A stretch of 46,394 nucleotides of DNA from a bacterium (GCA_027371855.1 DAHXLB010000010.1:1-46394), one strand, 5' to 3'; positions 26,986-37,518 are shown, counted from the stretch's first letter. The notes: generated from the sequence alone by a model not told the origin. Numbers and translations are program-made.

Positions 26986-28626
26986 ATGTTAAATAGATCA
27001 CTTTCTAGAAATAAATATTGGTACAAGGAAAGTGTTTTTTATGAGATATATATAGACCTATTTAAAGATAGTAATAATGATGGTATTGGTGATATAAGGG
27101 GCCTTATAGATAATTATATATATATCAAAGAATTAGGCATAGGATGTCTATGGTTATTACCTATTTATGAATCACCTTTAATGGATGGGGGATATGACGT
27201 ATCCAACTATACCAATATAAGAAAAGAAATAGGAACTCTAGATGATTTTAAAGAATTAATAAAAATATCACATGATAATGATGTACGTATTATCATGGAT
27301 TTAGTTTTAAATCATACTTCATCTGCTCACCCTTGGTTTATAGCCTCACAAGACCCTTCATCAAGAGAGTTTTCAAAATACAGAGACTATTATCTTTGGG
27401 ATGCAGAAGGTGATAAATATAAAGATGCATCTATAATATTTTCTGATTATGAAAAAACTAATTGGACATATAATCCAATAAGGAAAGAATATTATTTTCA
27501 TAGATTTTACAAAACTCAACCAGATCTAAATTGGAGGAACAGTGAAGTACTTAAAGAGTTTTTTAAAATAATTAGTTTTTGGTTAGACCTAGGAGTTGAT
27601 GGTTTTAGGGTAGATGCAGTCCCTTATTTAGTTAAACGTGAAGGAACAACTTGTGAAAATTTGAAAGAAACACATATGATTTTAAGAAAAATTAGAAGAT
27701 TTGCTAATAGACATTATAAAGATAGAAATATAATATTTCTTGCTGAAGCTGGAGAACCTATCAATAACCTTGTTAAATATTTTGGAAATGGTAGGAATGA
27801 ATTTCAGATGGCATTTAATTTCCCATTAATGCCACAAATATTTTTATCATTATTAGAAGAAGATAATAAGTATATTATAAATACCATTAAATCATTTCCA
27901 AAAATTCCACGTAAAAGTCAATGGGCAATATTTTTACGTAATCATGATGAGCTTAGTTTATCTACTGTAGATAAAGATACAGCCTCTTTATTCTACTCAA
28001 AATATGATAAGGATAAAGTATATAGATTTAATACTGGTATTGCAGAAAGGTTATATACACTATTAGGAGATAATAAAGAGAAAATAGCGTTAGCTAATTC
28101 TATATTACTTACTTTAGTAGGTACTCCAGTGTTGTATAGTGGTGATGAACTTGATGAAAAAGAAAATTTTTCTATAGTCCCTAAAGATGATATTACATAT
28201 GATAGGAGGTTACTTGTGAGAACTAAAATAGATTGGGCTAAAGCACACCAATATATATGGAATTCTCAATCAACATATAACAAACTTAGAAATATGCTTC
28301 TAATAAGAAAAAGGTATAAAAGTATATTTGCTCATTCAGACATACATATTATAAATACAGGAAACAAGAATATATTTGCATACTTAAGGGTTTATCACCA
28401 AAAAAACCTTATATTTATAAATAACCTTTCAAAGAAGAAACAGTTAATAGATACAAATAATTTAGCTATATTTCACTTCTCTGTATTAATACAAGACGGT
28501 GCCGAAGTGGCAGGTAATATAATTGATCTAAAACCATATTCGTATATCTGGATTAAAGTTATAACTGAAAATCAGCTAATTAGAAACAATCTAATATCAA
28601 AGCTCTCTTTATTCAAAAGATTTTAG
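26986..28626 (+). CDS. treS: GH13 trehalose synthase (TreS)-like / alpha-amylase family protein
   Basis: WYKESVFYE, DSNNDGIGD, DLVLNHTS, FRVDAVPYL, REGTTCENL, FLAEA and FLRNHDEL; catalytic Asp/Glu/Asp triad intact. Confidence 0.8.
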   Translation: MLNRSLSRNKYWYKESVFYEIYIDLFKDSNNDGIGDIRGLIDNYIYIKELGIGCLWLLPIYESPLMDGGYDVSNYTNIRKEIGTLDDFKELIKISHDNDVRIIMDLVLNHTSSAHPWFIASQDPSSREFSKYRDYYLWDAEGDKYKDASIIFSDYEKTNWTYNPIRKEYYFHRFYKTQPDLNWRNSEVLKEFFKIISFWLDLGVDGFRVDAVPYLVKREGTTCENLKETHMILRKIRRFANRHYKDRNIIFLAEAGEPINNLVKYFGNGRNEFQMAFNFPLMPQIFLSLLEEDNKYIINTIKSFPKIPRKSQWAIFLRNHDELSLSTVDKDTASLFYSKYDKDKVYRFNTGIAERLYTLLGDNKEKIALANSILLTLVGTPVLYSGDELDEKENFSIVPKDDITYDRRLLVRTKIDWAKAHQYIWNSQSTYNKLRNMLLIRKRYKSIFAHSDIHIINTGNKNIFAYLRVYHQKNLIFINNLSKKKQLIDTNNLAIFHFSVLIQDGAEVAGNIIDLKPYSYIWIKVITENQLIRNNLISKLSLFKRF

Positions 28627-28631
28627 ATTGT

Positions 28632-30275
28632 TTAGTTTTTTGCAATAAACTCAGAGGCAAATTTAATAGTCACGTCAGTTTTTTTATGTGGGTTAAATAT
28701 ATGATGTGGGTCAAATATATTTTTTATTTCCTGGAATATACTATATATTTTCTCTCCGAATTCTTGCTCTATGTATGGACTTCTTATAAGGCCATCATTA
28801 TGTTCTGCTGTTATAGATCCATTATATTTTAAAACAAGATCATAAACTTGATTGGCAATGGGATATATTTTATCCCTTTCTTTTTCATCTTGTAAATTCA
28901 TTAATGGAAGAATATGAAAATTTCCATCGCCTATATGACCTGCGACTGTATATAGAAGTTTTGAGTCATCCAAAATTTTATATAGTTGAGGTAAAAATTC
29001 TTCCAATGTTTCTGGCCTTACTATTATATCATCTATAAATGGAGCCGCTTTAAGGTTTTTAATTCTTTGTCTTAATAGATTAAAGCTTTCTCTTCTTATA
29101 GCCCAATACTTTTTTGTTTCTTCATTGCTTCCAGAGACCTTTGTGAATAGATTGTTGTATAAGGACACTTCTTTATTTAATTTAGCTATATTATTTTTGA
29201 TTTCTTCAAGATCATCAGATTGAAATTCCACAAGGAGTATTAATTTTGGCATACCTTTTCTTAATACTAATAAGAATTCTGGTAAGAATGAAAATGATAA
29301 TTTCACTATGTTGGAACCAAGTATTTTAGAAAATGCAAAAAAGAATTTTAATGCTAATTTAAAAGTATAGTTGTCAAATGATTCAAAACTTGTAGGTTTG
29401 TATTTTAAAACAGTGTTGACTATTTCTGGTATATTATTAAAATCTTTTAAAAACAGCAAAAGCATACCATTATACTTTTTTGTATCAACAAGTCTGAGTT
29501 TTATTTCAGAGGTTATTCCTAAAGTTCCTTGTGCTCCTATGAATATTTGAGATAAATCAAAAGACCCATCTTCTTTTATAATATTCCAGATTGTATAACC
29601 ACTAGAATTTTTAGACACTACCGGTTTTTTACTTTTTATAAGTTCGCGATTTTCAGATAAAAGTTTATACATTTTTCTATAAATATCACCTTCAAAATTT
29701 TGTAATTCCATTTTAAAGTTCAATTCATTTTTAGTTAACTTTCCAAATTTATATGTATTTCCATCAGACAATGTCATAGTAAGTTCCTGAACAAAATTCT
29801 CTGTTTTTCCGAAAGATAAAGATTCCTCTCCTCCAGAATTATTAGAAACTATACCTCCTACAGAGCACAATTCTTTGGATGCAGGATAAGATGGGAATAC
29901 CAGATTATTCTTTAATGTCTCTTTTTCAAAATCTCTATAATATACACCTGGTTGAACTGTAGCTATACGATTATCTATGCTTATTATTTTATTAAAATGT
30001 TCTGGCATTACTATTAATATTGATTCAGTTAATGGGCCTCCTCCCATATCAGTACCTGCAGATCTAACAGTTATTGATAAATCAACACCATCTTTATTCT
30101 TACTCTCAACATATTTTACTAATTCTTCTATATCATGAATATCTTCAGGAAATACAATTATTTTAGGTATCATTTTAAATATACTTGCGTCTCTACTATA
30201 AGATTCTAATGTGGATGCATCATTTGTAACCTTACCTTTTACTATTTTTGTAAGTTCATTCTTTAAATTATCCAT
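28632..30275 (-). CDS. FAD-linked oxidase (GlcD / D-lactate dehydrogenase family)
   Basis: RSAGTDMGG, VQPGV, GGIVSNNSGG, GAQGTLG, GHIGDGNFH and AEHNDG motifs. Confidence 0.88.
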   Translation of the reverse strand: MDNLKNELTKIVKGKVTNDASTLESYSRDASIFKMIPKIIVFPEDIHDIEELVKYVESKNKDGVDLSITVRSAGTDMGGGPLTESILIVMPEHFNKIISIDNRIATVQPGVYYRDFEKETLKNNLVFPSYPASKELCSVGGIVSNNSGGEESLSFGKTENFVQELTMTLSDGNTYKFGKLTKNELNFKMELQNFEGDIYRKMYKLLSENRELIKSKKPVVSKNSSGYTIWNIIKEDGSFDLSQIFIGAQGTLGITSEIKLRLVDTKKYNGMLLLFLKDFNNIPEIVNTVLKYKPTSFESFDNYTFKLALKFFFAFSKILGSNIVKLSFSFLPEFLLVLRKGMPKLILLVEFQSDDLEEIKNNIAKLNKEVSLYNNLFTKVSGSNEETKKYWAIRRESFNLLRQRIKNLKAAPFIDDIIVRPETLEEFLPQLYKILDDSKLLYTVAGHIGDGNFHILPLMNLQDEKERDKIYPIANQVYDLVLKYNGSITAEHNDGLIRSPYIEQEFGEKIYSIFQEIKNIFDPHHIFNPHKKTDVTIKFASEFIAKN

Positions 30276-31260
30276 TTTTTCTTTTTAATAAATTTATTGT
30301 TTTTTCTTGTATGCTTTTTGAAGATAATCCATATTTTTCAATTAAAGCTTTTGTATCTCCAGATTCTGCAAAAGTATTCTGTAATCCAACAAATTCTTGA
30401 AGTGTAGGTCTTCTTCTTGATAGCATTTCTGATATTGCACTTCCCATACCTCCATCTACCTGATGATCTTCTATAGTTATTAGTGCATTAGTTTTTGATA
30501 CAGATTTGAGTATTGTATCTTGGTCTAATGGTTTTATTGATGAAATGTTCAAAACTTCTGTTTCAACACCTTCTTTCTGTAAATTAGATGCTGCAATTAA
30601 AGCATAATAAAGCATATATCCAGTAGCAGCTATTGTTACTTGAGGGTTATTAGATACCCAGAACACTTGAATTTTATTTTCATCATAAGGTGTCTTTGAT
30701 GTTGTTATAACTGGGGTCTTATCTCTTGTGAATCTTATATAATAAGGATCTTCCGATTCAGAACTGTTATAAGTTGCTTTGTATGCTTCAATAGAATCTG
30801 CAGGAACAATTACCTTCATTTTAGGCCAACACCTTGTTATTGCAATATCTTCCGTTGCTTGGTGTGTAGGGCCATCAGGACCTGTCATGATACCTGCATG
30901 ATGTCCAGCTATCTTAACATTAGAATGATTATAAACAACAGTTGTTCTTAAAGTTTCCCAATTTTTTCCGGGAGAAAATACAGCATAAGATGATATATAT
31001 GCTATTTTTCCAGATACACCCAATCCAGCAGCAATGGCAGCCATATTTTGTTCTGCTACTCCACAATCAAAAAATCTATCTGGAAAATTTTTTGCAAATT
31101 CATCTACTCTAGTAGATTCTGCCAAGTCTGCAGTTAAGACAACTATATTAGGATTTTCTTCTCCAAGTTTCAAAAGTGCTTTTCCATACCCATCCCTAGT
31201 TGCCTCAAGAGTTGGGGTTTCAAAGATGTTCTCATTTAAATATAAATCTTTATTCAGCAT
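30268..31260 (-). CDS. tkt: Transketolase, C-terminal subunit
   Basis: TADLAEST, GVAEQNM, GPDGPTHQATED and EDHQVDGGMGS motifs. Confidence 0.93.
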   Translation of the reverse strand: MLNKDLYLNENIFETPTLEATRDGYGKALLKLGEENPNIVVLTADLAESTRVDEFAKNFPDRFFDCGVAEQNMAAIAAGLGVSGKIAYISSYAVFSPGKNWETLRTTVVYNHSNVKIAGHHAGIMTGPDGPTHQATEDIAITRCWPKMKVIVPADSIEAYKATYNSSESEDPYYIRFTRDKTPVITTSKTPYDENKIQVFWVSNNPQVTIAATGYMLYYALIAASNLQKEGVETEVLNISSIKPLDQDTILKSVSKTNALITIEDHQVDGGMGSAISEMLSRRRPTLQEFVGLQNTFAESGDTKALIEKYGLSSKSIQEKTINLLKRKNG

Positions 31261-32123
31261 TATTGATGTTCACTAATAATCTTATTTCCTAAGGTACGAA
31301 GTTCTTTTAAAGCTTCTCTTGCTTGTTCTTTATTTGGTGGTGATCCGTGCCATAGATAATCCTTTTCCATAAAATCTACTCCTTTCCCAGGAATAGTATG
31401 CGCAATTATTACTGTAGGTTTTTCAAAGATTGACTTTGCTTCATTTATAGCATTTATAAATGCCTCTATATTATGTCCATCAACTTCAATAACATGCCAA
31501 TTGAATGATTTATATTTATCAACGATTGGTTCTAATGGCATTACATCTTCAGTAAATCCATCAATCTGTATATTATTTCTGTCTATAACTAAAGTAAGAT
31601 TATTTAACTTCATTTTTCCTGCAAACATTACAGCTTCCCAAATGTTACCTTCTTGGTGTTCACCGTCAGATGCAATAACATATACTTGGTATTTTGCTTT
31701 ATCTATTTTAGCTGCTAATGCTATCCCTATACCTTGGGATAAACCTTCACCTAAAGGTCCTGATGATGTTTCTACTCCAGGCAGAGAAGTCCTATGTGGG
31801 TGTCCCTGAAGCCTAGAATTGATTTTTCGTAGAGTCTGTAGTTCTGATATATCAAAATAGCCTCTTAGTGCCATTGTAGCATACCTCACTGGACATATAT
31901 GTCCATTAGATAGTATTAATCTATCTCGATCTTTCATATCAGGATTCTTTGGATCTTGATTTAATATATGAAAATAAAATGCTGTAAATATATCTGCCAT
32001 GCCCAAAGGACCTGCAGAATGACCAGATCCAGCAGTTAGTAGCATCTCTATAATAAGTTCTCTTATTTTATTCGCTTTTTCATTCAGAATTCTTATTTGA
32101 TCACTATCTATTCGTTCTATCAT
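31260..32123 (-). CDS. tkt: Transketolase, N-terminal (TPP-binding) subunit
   Basis: GSGH, DRLILSNGH, LQGHP, SDGEHQEG...DRN and GKGVDFME motifs. Confidence 0.93.
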   Translation of the reverse strand: MIERIDSDQIRILNEKANKIRELIIEMLLTAGSGHSAGPLGMADIFTAFYFHILNQDPKNPDMKDRDRLILSNGHICPVRYATMALRGYFDISELQTLRKINSRLQGHPHRTSLPGVETSSGPLGEGLSQGIGIALAAKIDKAKYQVYVIASDGEHQEGNIWEAVMFAGKMKLNNLTLVIDRNNIQIDGFTEDVMPLEPIVDKYKSFNWHVIEVDGHNIEAFINAINEAKSIFEKPTVIIAHTIPGKGVDFMEKDYLWHGSPPNKEQAREALKELRTLGNKIISEHQ

Positions 32124-33403
32124 CTTCTTTTTAATACTATCATAAGATCAGATACATTGGAAGGAAGTTTCCCAGTTATAATTGCATCACCAGTCTTTTT
32201 AAAGAAATTATAGCTATTATCATTATTAATATAATCATCAAAAACTAGTCCTAGTTTGTTTGCTTTCTGTATTGTTATATCATCCATTATACCTCCTGCA
32301 AAATCTGAGTTATCCCAACCATCCGTCCCTATAGATATAAAAACGGTATCAGATCCTACATATTTATATGATGCCAGTGAGGCTTCTTGGCTTCTTCCTC
32401 CTTTTCCATTACCATGTACTGTAACTACACTTTCTCCTCCTCCGAGCAAAACTGTATTATGATCTGTTTTTTTAATTAAATATTCTCCTAATTCTCTTGC
32501 TTCCATCTGTACTCTATCTGAAAAAATCTTACTATTGTAACCTAATTTTATAGCTTTTTTATACATTGCATTAAGTGCTGTTATATTACTTAGCATTAGT
32601 ATATTGGATACATTCTTAAAATATTTTTCATTTTTTGGAGTTTCTTTAAAAACTGACAAATCAATATTTAGTTTTGATTGAATTTTAAATTTGTTTACTA
32701 TTGCAATTGCGTTAGAAACAGTTGTTTGATCTTTTACTGTTGGTCCTGATGCAATAAAAGAAAGATCATTTCCTGGTATATCAGAAAAAATCAAACTTAT
32801 TATTTTTGCAGGATATATTAATTCCGCTAATTGACCTCCTTTTACTTTGGATAAATGTTTTCTTATTGTATTCATCTCTTCTATAGGTACTCCAGATGTT
32901 AGCATAACCTTACTTATATCTATTAGTAGATCATTAGATATCTTATTAGGGTACTCAAACAAAGCTGATCCACCTCCACATATTACTGTGATCACAAGGT
33001 CAGTATCTTTTAATTGACTATATTTTTCTATTACCCTTTTTGTAAAATCTAAGTTTGTTTTTGTAGGTAATGGATGATCACCTTTTGTTACTTTTATATT
33101 TTTCATCTCTTTAGAAATAAGGTCAATAACATCTCCTGATGTGATTAAACCATTTAATCTTTTGTTTAAAATTTCTACAATATCTGCCGAACCTTTTCCT
33201 ATACCGAGGATATATATCCTTTTATATTTTGAAATATCATATTTTTTATTTTTAATTGAAAGGATATTTTCTTTTAAAGAGATATTTTTCTCTAATACTT
33301 CAATTGGTTGTATTGAATGAAGACCAGCTTCTATTATTGATAGTATATCTTTTCTTTTTTTATCTTTTGCTAGATTTTTATAATTTTTTATAATATTGTG
33401 CAT
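32120..33403 (-). CDS. Glycerate 2-kinase (MOFRL/DUF4147 family)
   Basis: GIGKGS, GDHPLP, CGGGSAL, RKHLSKVKGG, IASGPT, GGRSQE, TDGWD and SNVSD motifs. Confidence 0.9.
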   Translation of the reverse strand: MHNIIKNYKNLAKDKKRKDILSIIEAGLHSIQPIEVLEKNISLKENILSIKNKKYDISKYKRIYILGIGKGSADIVEILNKRLNGLITSGDVIDLISKEMKNIKVTKGDHPLPTKTNLDFTKRVIEKYSQLKDTDLVITVICGGGSALFEYPNKISNDLLIDISKVMLTSGVPIEEMNTIRKHLSKVKGGQLAELIYPAKIISLIFSDIPGNDLSFIASGPTVKDQTTVSNAIAIVNKFKIQSKLNIDLSVFKETPKNEKYFKNVSNILMLSNITALNAMYKKAIKLGYNSKIFSDRVQMEARELGEYLIKKTDHNTVLLGGGESVVTVHGNGKGGRSQEASLASYKYVGSDTVFISIGTDGWDNSDFAGGIMDDITIQKANKLGLVFDDYINNDNSYNFFKKTGDAIITGKLPSNVSDLMIVLKRR

Positions 33404-33688
33404 TTATGGTTTATTAATTTTTATTTGATGTAAGTGTGAAGCGAATGGGTATACATATGTTCCCAATATAGGTATTTTAACAATATATTCAAGTATTGCA
33501 GCAATTATCAAAAATACTATAGCTAAACCCAATGTTACACCTAATCCATAAGCGATTCCAGATATAAAACTTCTTATTATCAGTTTTTTCTTATCAAGAT
33601 ATACATTGTTGATCGCTGATACCAAAGCATTGAGTGCTTTTTTAGTTTCTTTGTCTAGATTCACATGTTCCCTTGTTTTTTCATCCAT
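33404..33688 (-). CDS. DUF5665-like small membrane protein
   Basis: SFISGIAYGLGVTLG...IPILG pattern. Confidence 0.7.
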   Translation of the reverse strand: MDEKTREHVNLDKETKKALNALVSAINNVYLDKKKLIIRSFISGIAYGLGVTLGLAIVFLIIAAILEYIVKIPILGTYVYPFASHLHQIKINKP

Positions 33689-33761
33689 AATATTTATAAT
33701 GAGTGTAATTATATTTTAGCACATTAATTTTATATAGAAAAATAATTAAGGCCTTATATAT

Positions 33762-34454
33762 ATGTATATAAATGTTTTGGTAGTAAGCATAATTATATTT
33801 GTAATGTTTCTGATAATATTTAGGAAGTTTTTATCAAGAAACTCTTCTCCTGTAAGACACTCTTTATTATTTTGGTCTATAGGGCTACTATTTGGTGCTG
33901 TAGCAGCATTCTCTTTCTATGTTTTCCTTATAAGTCATAATACCATACCATTTTATATCTATTATTTTCTTGGAGGTGGACTTACACCAGCAACTTTAGG
34001 ATTAGGTTCAATATATCTACAAAAAAAAGAAAAATTAAGAAAAATAATGCTTTATTCTACAATTACCCTTGCTGTAATACTTTTAATACTATTATTCTTT
34101 TCATCTATATCCAGAGAGGGGTTACATCAGTTGATATTTTACTTTAAAGGTTATAAAGAGAATGCGGCTCCAAATGGTAGTGGTGTTTTGAAAATAGGTT
34201 TATGGACAATACCCTTAGTAATTTTAAATACTGTAGGTAGCATTGAACTTATAGGGGTTTCTTTATACTATGTTTATAAAGCTATCAGAAAAAAACTCTA
34301 TGATAATAGGTTTTTTGGGATTTTTATAATAGGTCTATCTTCATTGGCTTTAGCTTCGGCAAGTACAGTTGCAAGATTATTTATTGCATCATTATTTTGG
34401 CCCAGTATGCTTGTAGGGTGGTTGCTTTTTCTTATTGGAGTATTATTAGTTTGA
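33762..34454 (+). CDS. Seven-TM hypothetical membrane protein
   Basis: ~7 hydrophobic helices; HSLLFWSIGL and YYFLGG...LGLGS motifs. Confidence 0.7.
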   Translation: MYINVLVVSIIIFVMFLIIFRKFLSRNSSPVRHSLLFWSIGLLFGAVAAFSFYVFLISHNTIPFYIYYFLGGGLTPATLGLGSIYLQKKEKLRKIMLYSTITLAVILLILLFFSSISREGLHQLIFYFKGYKENAAPNGSGVLKIGLWTIPLVILNTVGSIELIGVSLYYVYKAIRKKLYDNRFFGIFIIGLSSLALASASTVARLFIASLFWPSMLVGWLLFLIGVLLV

Positions 34455-34457
34455 AGT

Positions 34458-35084
34458 TTAAATTATTTTCAAAACACCCTGTCTTAATATTTTAGCAGTT
34501 TTGTCTCTGCAGTCTACAATTGTTGATACTCCTTGGGACTTTATTTTCCCTGCATCTATTATTATATCTATCATATCAATTTTTTCTTTTGGAGTTTCTT
34601 TTAATAGTTGTTGTATAGAAAATGGGGTAGGGTAATTTGATATATTAGAGGATGATGCCGTTATAGCCAGGTTCAGTTTTGAAACTATATCTTTAGATAT
34701 TATATTATTTGGGATTCTTATTGATACGCTATTGTCACTTGAAATATTTTTGGTGAGTAATCTTTTATTATTTTGTTCTAATACAATACTAAGTTTCCCT
34801 GGTAAATATTTTGTAATTAAATTATTGGCAATTTTATTAACTTTTGCATACCTTTTAATCATTTTGGTATCAGATACAGTAATGGACAAAGATTTATCTT
34901 GTCTTTTGCCTTTATATTTTAAGAGTTTGTCTGTAGCTTTGAAAGATTCTGCATTAACACCGATAGCATATGCTGTATCAGTTGGGTATATTATTATATT
35001 ATCATTTTTTATTGAGTTGACAATCTCTTCTAATTCTTTATTCTTAAGTTTTGAATTTATATTTTTAACTTCAAATATTTTCAT
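34458..35084 (-). CDS. tsaC: Threonylcarbamoyl-AMP synthase (TsaC/YrdC)
   Basis: YPTDTAYAIG, KGKR, LPGKLS, IRIP, SSSNIS, STIVD and LRQG motifs. Confidence 0.9.
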   Translation of the reverse strand: MKIFEVKNINSKLKNKELEEIVNSIKNDNIIIYPTDTAYAIGVNAESFKATDKLLKYKGKRQDKSLSITVSDTKMIKRYAKVNKIANNLITKYLPGKLSIVLEQNNKRLLTKNISSDNSVSIRIPNNIISKDIVSKLNLAITASSSNISNYPTPFSIQQLLKETPKEKIDMIDIIIDAGKIKSQGVSTIVDCRDKTAKILRQGVLKII

Positions 35085-35214
35085 ATTTTAAAATCTTATA
35101 TTTTGGTCTTTTTAGTTTAGACTATTGAATTTTATTCTTCATAAACATTTAATATTATAATACTAGCATTAACTATCTGACTTATTAGTTTTTTGGTCTA
35201 GATAAAGTGAATTA

Positions 35215-35556
35215 TTATTTTTTGTAGTGAAATATTGTAACATCCTTTGCAGGTAATCCAGTTTGATTATCAATTTCTTTGTTAGGGGTCACGGAGACTT
35301 CATCCATCTCTTCATATGGGAGTACCATTGTTAACCGCCCTCGACGCAGTAGAAGTGTTTTATCATATGCTTCTATTTTAACTTCTTTTGTTACCCTAAA
35401 TATACTGATCACACCATTTGTGTGTTTAACAAATATATGTAAATCAGGGTTTTGTTGAAGAATACTAGAATCCATATGTTCTCGTATGCATCTGAGCATT
35501 TCTAACGTTACTCTACCCAATATTTCTTGTTCTGGTGTATGAGATTCTATCTCCAT
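35215..35556 (-). CDS. Hypothetical protein
   Basis: 113-aa ORF with higher GC than its neighbours; TATAAT 5 nt upstream of the ATG. Confidence 0.65.
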   Translation of the reverse strand: MEIESHTPEQEILGRVTLEMLRCIREHMDSSILQQNPDLHIFVKHTNGVISIFRVTKEVKIEAYDKTLLLRRGRLTMVLPYEEMDEVSVTPNKEIDNQTGLPAKDVTIFHYKK

Positions 35557-35585
35557 ACCTAATTATACAATATTATTGTTAATAT

Positions 35586-36995
35586 TTATATTTTCACAAA
35601 TGTTATGGAAGAACCTTGTTTATTTGCTCTACCAGTTCTACCTATTCTGTGAAGATAGTCTTCATAGGTTGATGGTATTTCATAATTTATAACATGAGAT
35701 ATATCAAGTATATCCAAACCTCTTGCTGCAACATCAGTTGCGACAAGAATGTTGTTTATATTATTTTTAAAGTTATCAATAGCTCTTTGTCTTCTTGATT
35801 GCATTTTATCTCCATGTATAGATTCTACTTTAAATCCTCGTTTTAATAATTCTTTTGCAAGATTGTCAACATCTCTTTTAGTTCTATTGAATATAAGAAC
35901 CTTTTTGTATTCATCCTTTATTAATAGGTTATGTAATAACTCTATTTTTTCTCCGGTATCTCTATATTTTACAATATTTTGAGTTATATTATTATACGAA
36001 TCTTTGGGTTCTATGGTAATAATAATTGGATTTTTTAAAAGTTTTACAGCTAAAGTTTTAACTTTTGGTGGTACTGTTGCAGAAAAAAATAGTGACTGTC
36101 TTGATAAAGGAAGTGATGAAAATATATTTTGTATATCTTCTATGAACCCCATATCAAGCATTCTATCGACTTCATCTAAAACAACATTATTTATATCTTT
36201 TAATGGGACATAGTGTTTGGAGGTTAAATCTTTAATTCTACCAGGGGTTCCAATAATAAAGTTAGGATTATTTCTTAGGTTATTTATTTGTTGGTACATA
36301 GAACTCCCTCCTATAAGTAAGGCTGATCTTATAGATAATCCCTTTGAAAATTTGAAAAGTTCGTCTCTTATTTGTGATGCTAATTCTCTTGTAGGAGCTA
36401 TAATTAATACTTTTTGTGAATTATCTTTTATTATCTTATCTATAAGTGGTATCAAAAATGCAGCGGTTTTACCTGTCCCTGTATCAGCAATTCCTATTAC
36501 ATCATTTCCCTTTATTATTTCTGGAATCGCCTTATCTTGTATGACAGTAGGGGATATAAAGCCTCTGTTTTCTATTATATTTTTTATTTCATTGCTGATT
36601 TCAAAATCATTAAATTTATTTTGAGATATATATTCTGAGGCATTATTTGTAGATGATTCTTTTACAAATAATGAAATATCTATTTTTTTTGAATCTATTT
36701 TATTTCTTCTAAAAGATGGTTTATTATCATAATTTTTATTATTGTTATTAGTATAAGTTCTCTCAGCTCTTTTTTGTGCAAATACTACAGATAACTTTCT
36801 CCCTTCAATCATTCTCTTATCAACATTATTAATTACATCTAAAGCCTCAGCAGTATTGGACATTTCTAAAAACCCAAATCCTTTTTTCTCAGGCACATAA
36901 ACATCTACTATCTTTCCATACTTAGAAAATAGGCGTGTCATATCATCTCTATTAAAAGAAAAAGGCAAATTAGCTATATACAACCTTGTTTGCAT
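35586..36995 (-). CDS. DEAD-box RNA helicase with N-terminal RRM domain
   Basis: RRM (LYIANLP, KGFGFLEM) followed by Q motif, ADTGTGKT, PTRELA, TPGR, DEVD, SAT, ARGLD and HRIGRTGR. Confidence 0.93.
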   Translation of the reverse strand: MQTRLYIANLPFSFNRDDMTRLFSKYGKIVDVYVPEKKGFGFLEMSNTAEALDVINNVDKRMIEGRKLSVVFAQKRAERTYTNNNNKNYDNKPSFRRNKIDSKKIDISLFVKESSTNNASEYISQNKFNDFEISNEIKNIIENRGFISPTVIQDKAIPEIIKGNDVIGIADTGTGKTAAFLIPLIDKIIKDNSQKVLIIAPTRELASQIRDELFKFSKGLSIRSALLIGGSSMYQQINNLRNNPNFIIGTPGRIKDLTSKHYVPLKDINNVVLDEVDRMLDMGFIEDIQNIFSSLPLSRQSLFFSATVPPKVKTLAVKLLKNPIIITIEPKDSYNNITQNIVKYRDTGEKIELLHNLLIKDEYKKVLIFNRTKRDVDNLAKELLKRGFKVESIHGDKMQSRRQRAIDNFKNNINNILVATDVAARGLDILDISHVINYEIPSTYEDYLHRIGRTGRANKQGSSITFVKI

Positions 36996-37228
36996 AATTT
37001 TAAACTATAAACTATCTATGAAAAAGAATAGAATTTTTGGGGTAGGATTTCAAGAATTTTGATCTAACGATCTTAATCTAATGTCTGACCTTCAATATCT
37101 ACTATTAGTCAATATGATTGTATTGTATCATAACTGAGTCAATATGTACATTGAATATATTTTAATGAAGTTTTAATAATCTACGGTTACTATAGATCAA
37201 GAGATATATTAAATATTAGTATGGCTGT

Positions 37229-37513
37229 ATGAATGTTACTAAAATTTTATCGTCAAAGATATTTTTGGTCGTGGTTTCTTTAATTATAGGGGGGGTAGTT
37301 GGTTGGTTTTCATGGTATTTAGTGTACCCAAATCTACATGTTAGTGGATCTCAAGTTTGGACTGGGTCAGTTGCTCCAGCAACTGGTAAAGTTTCTACAA
37401 CAGGATATTCTTCTGGAAGTAGCTCAGTAAATACTAAGAGTAGTGGTAGTCCTTCTTCTTCAACTCCTAAATCTACGCCTTCATCATCTTCTTCAAGTAG
37501 CTACTCTTATTGA
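37229..37513 (+). CDS. Membrane-anchored Ser-rich small protein
   Basis: N-terminal TM and a poly-Ser tail. Confidence 0.6.
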   Translation: MNVTKILSSKIFLVVVSLIIGGVVGWFSWYLVYPNLHVSGSQVWTGSVAPATGKVSTTGYSSGSSSVNTKSSGSPSSSTPKSTPSSSSSSSYSY

Positions 37514-37518
37514 TAATG

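Noticed and set aside
37107-37146. AGTCAATATG direct repeat (30-bp period) upstream of the helicase as an operator
   Set aside because: Only 10 bp, two copies, AT-rich and overlapping promoter elements; it cannot be distinguished from chance.
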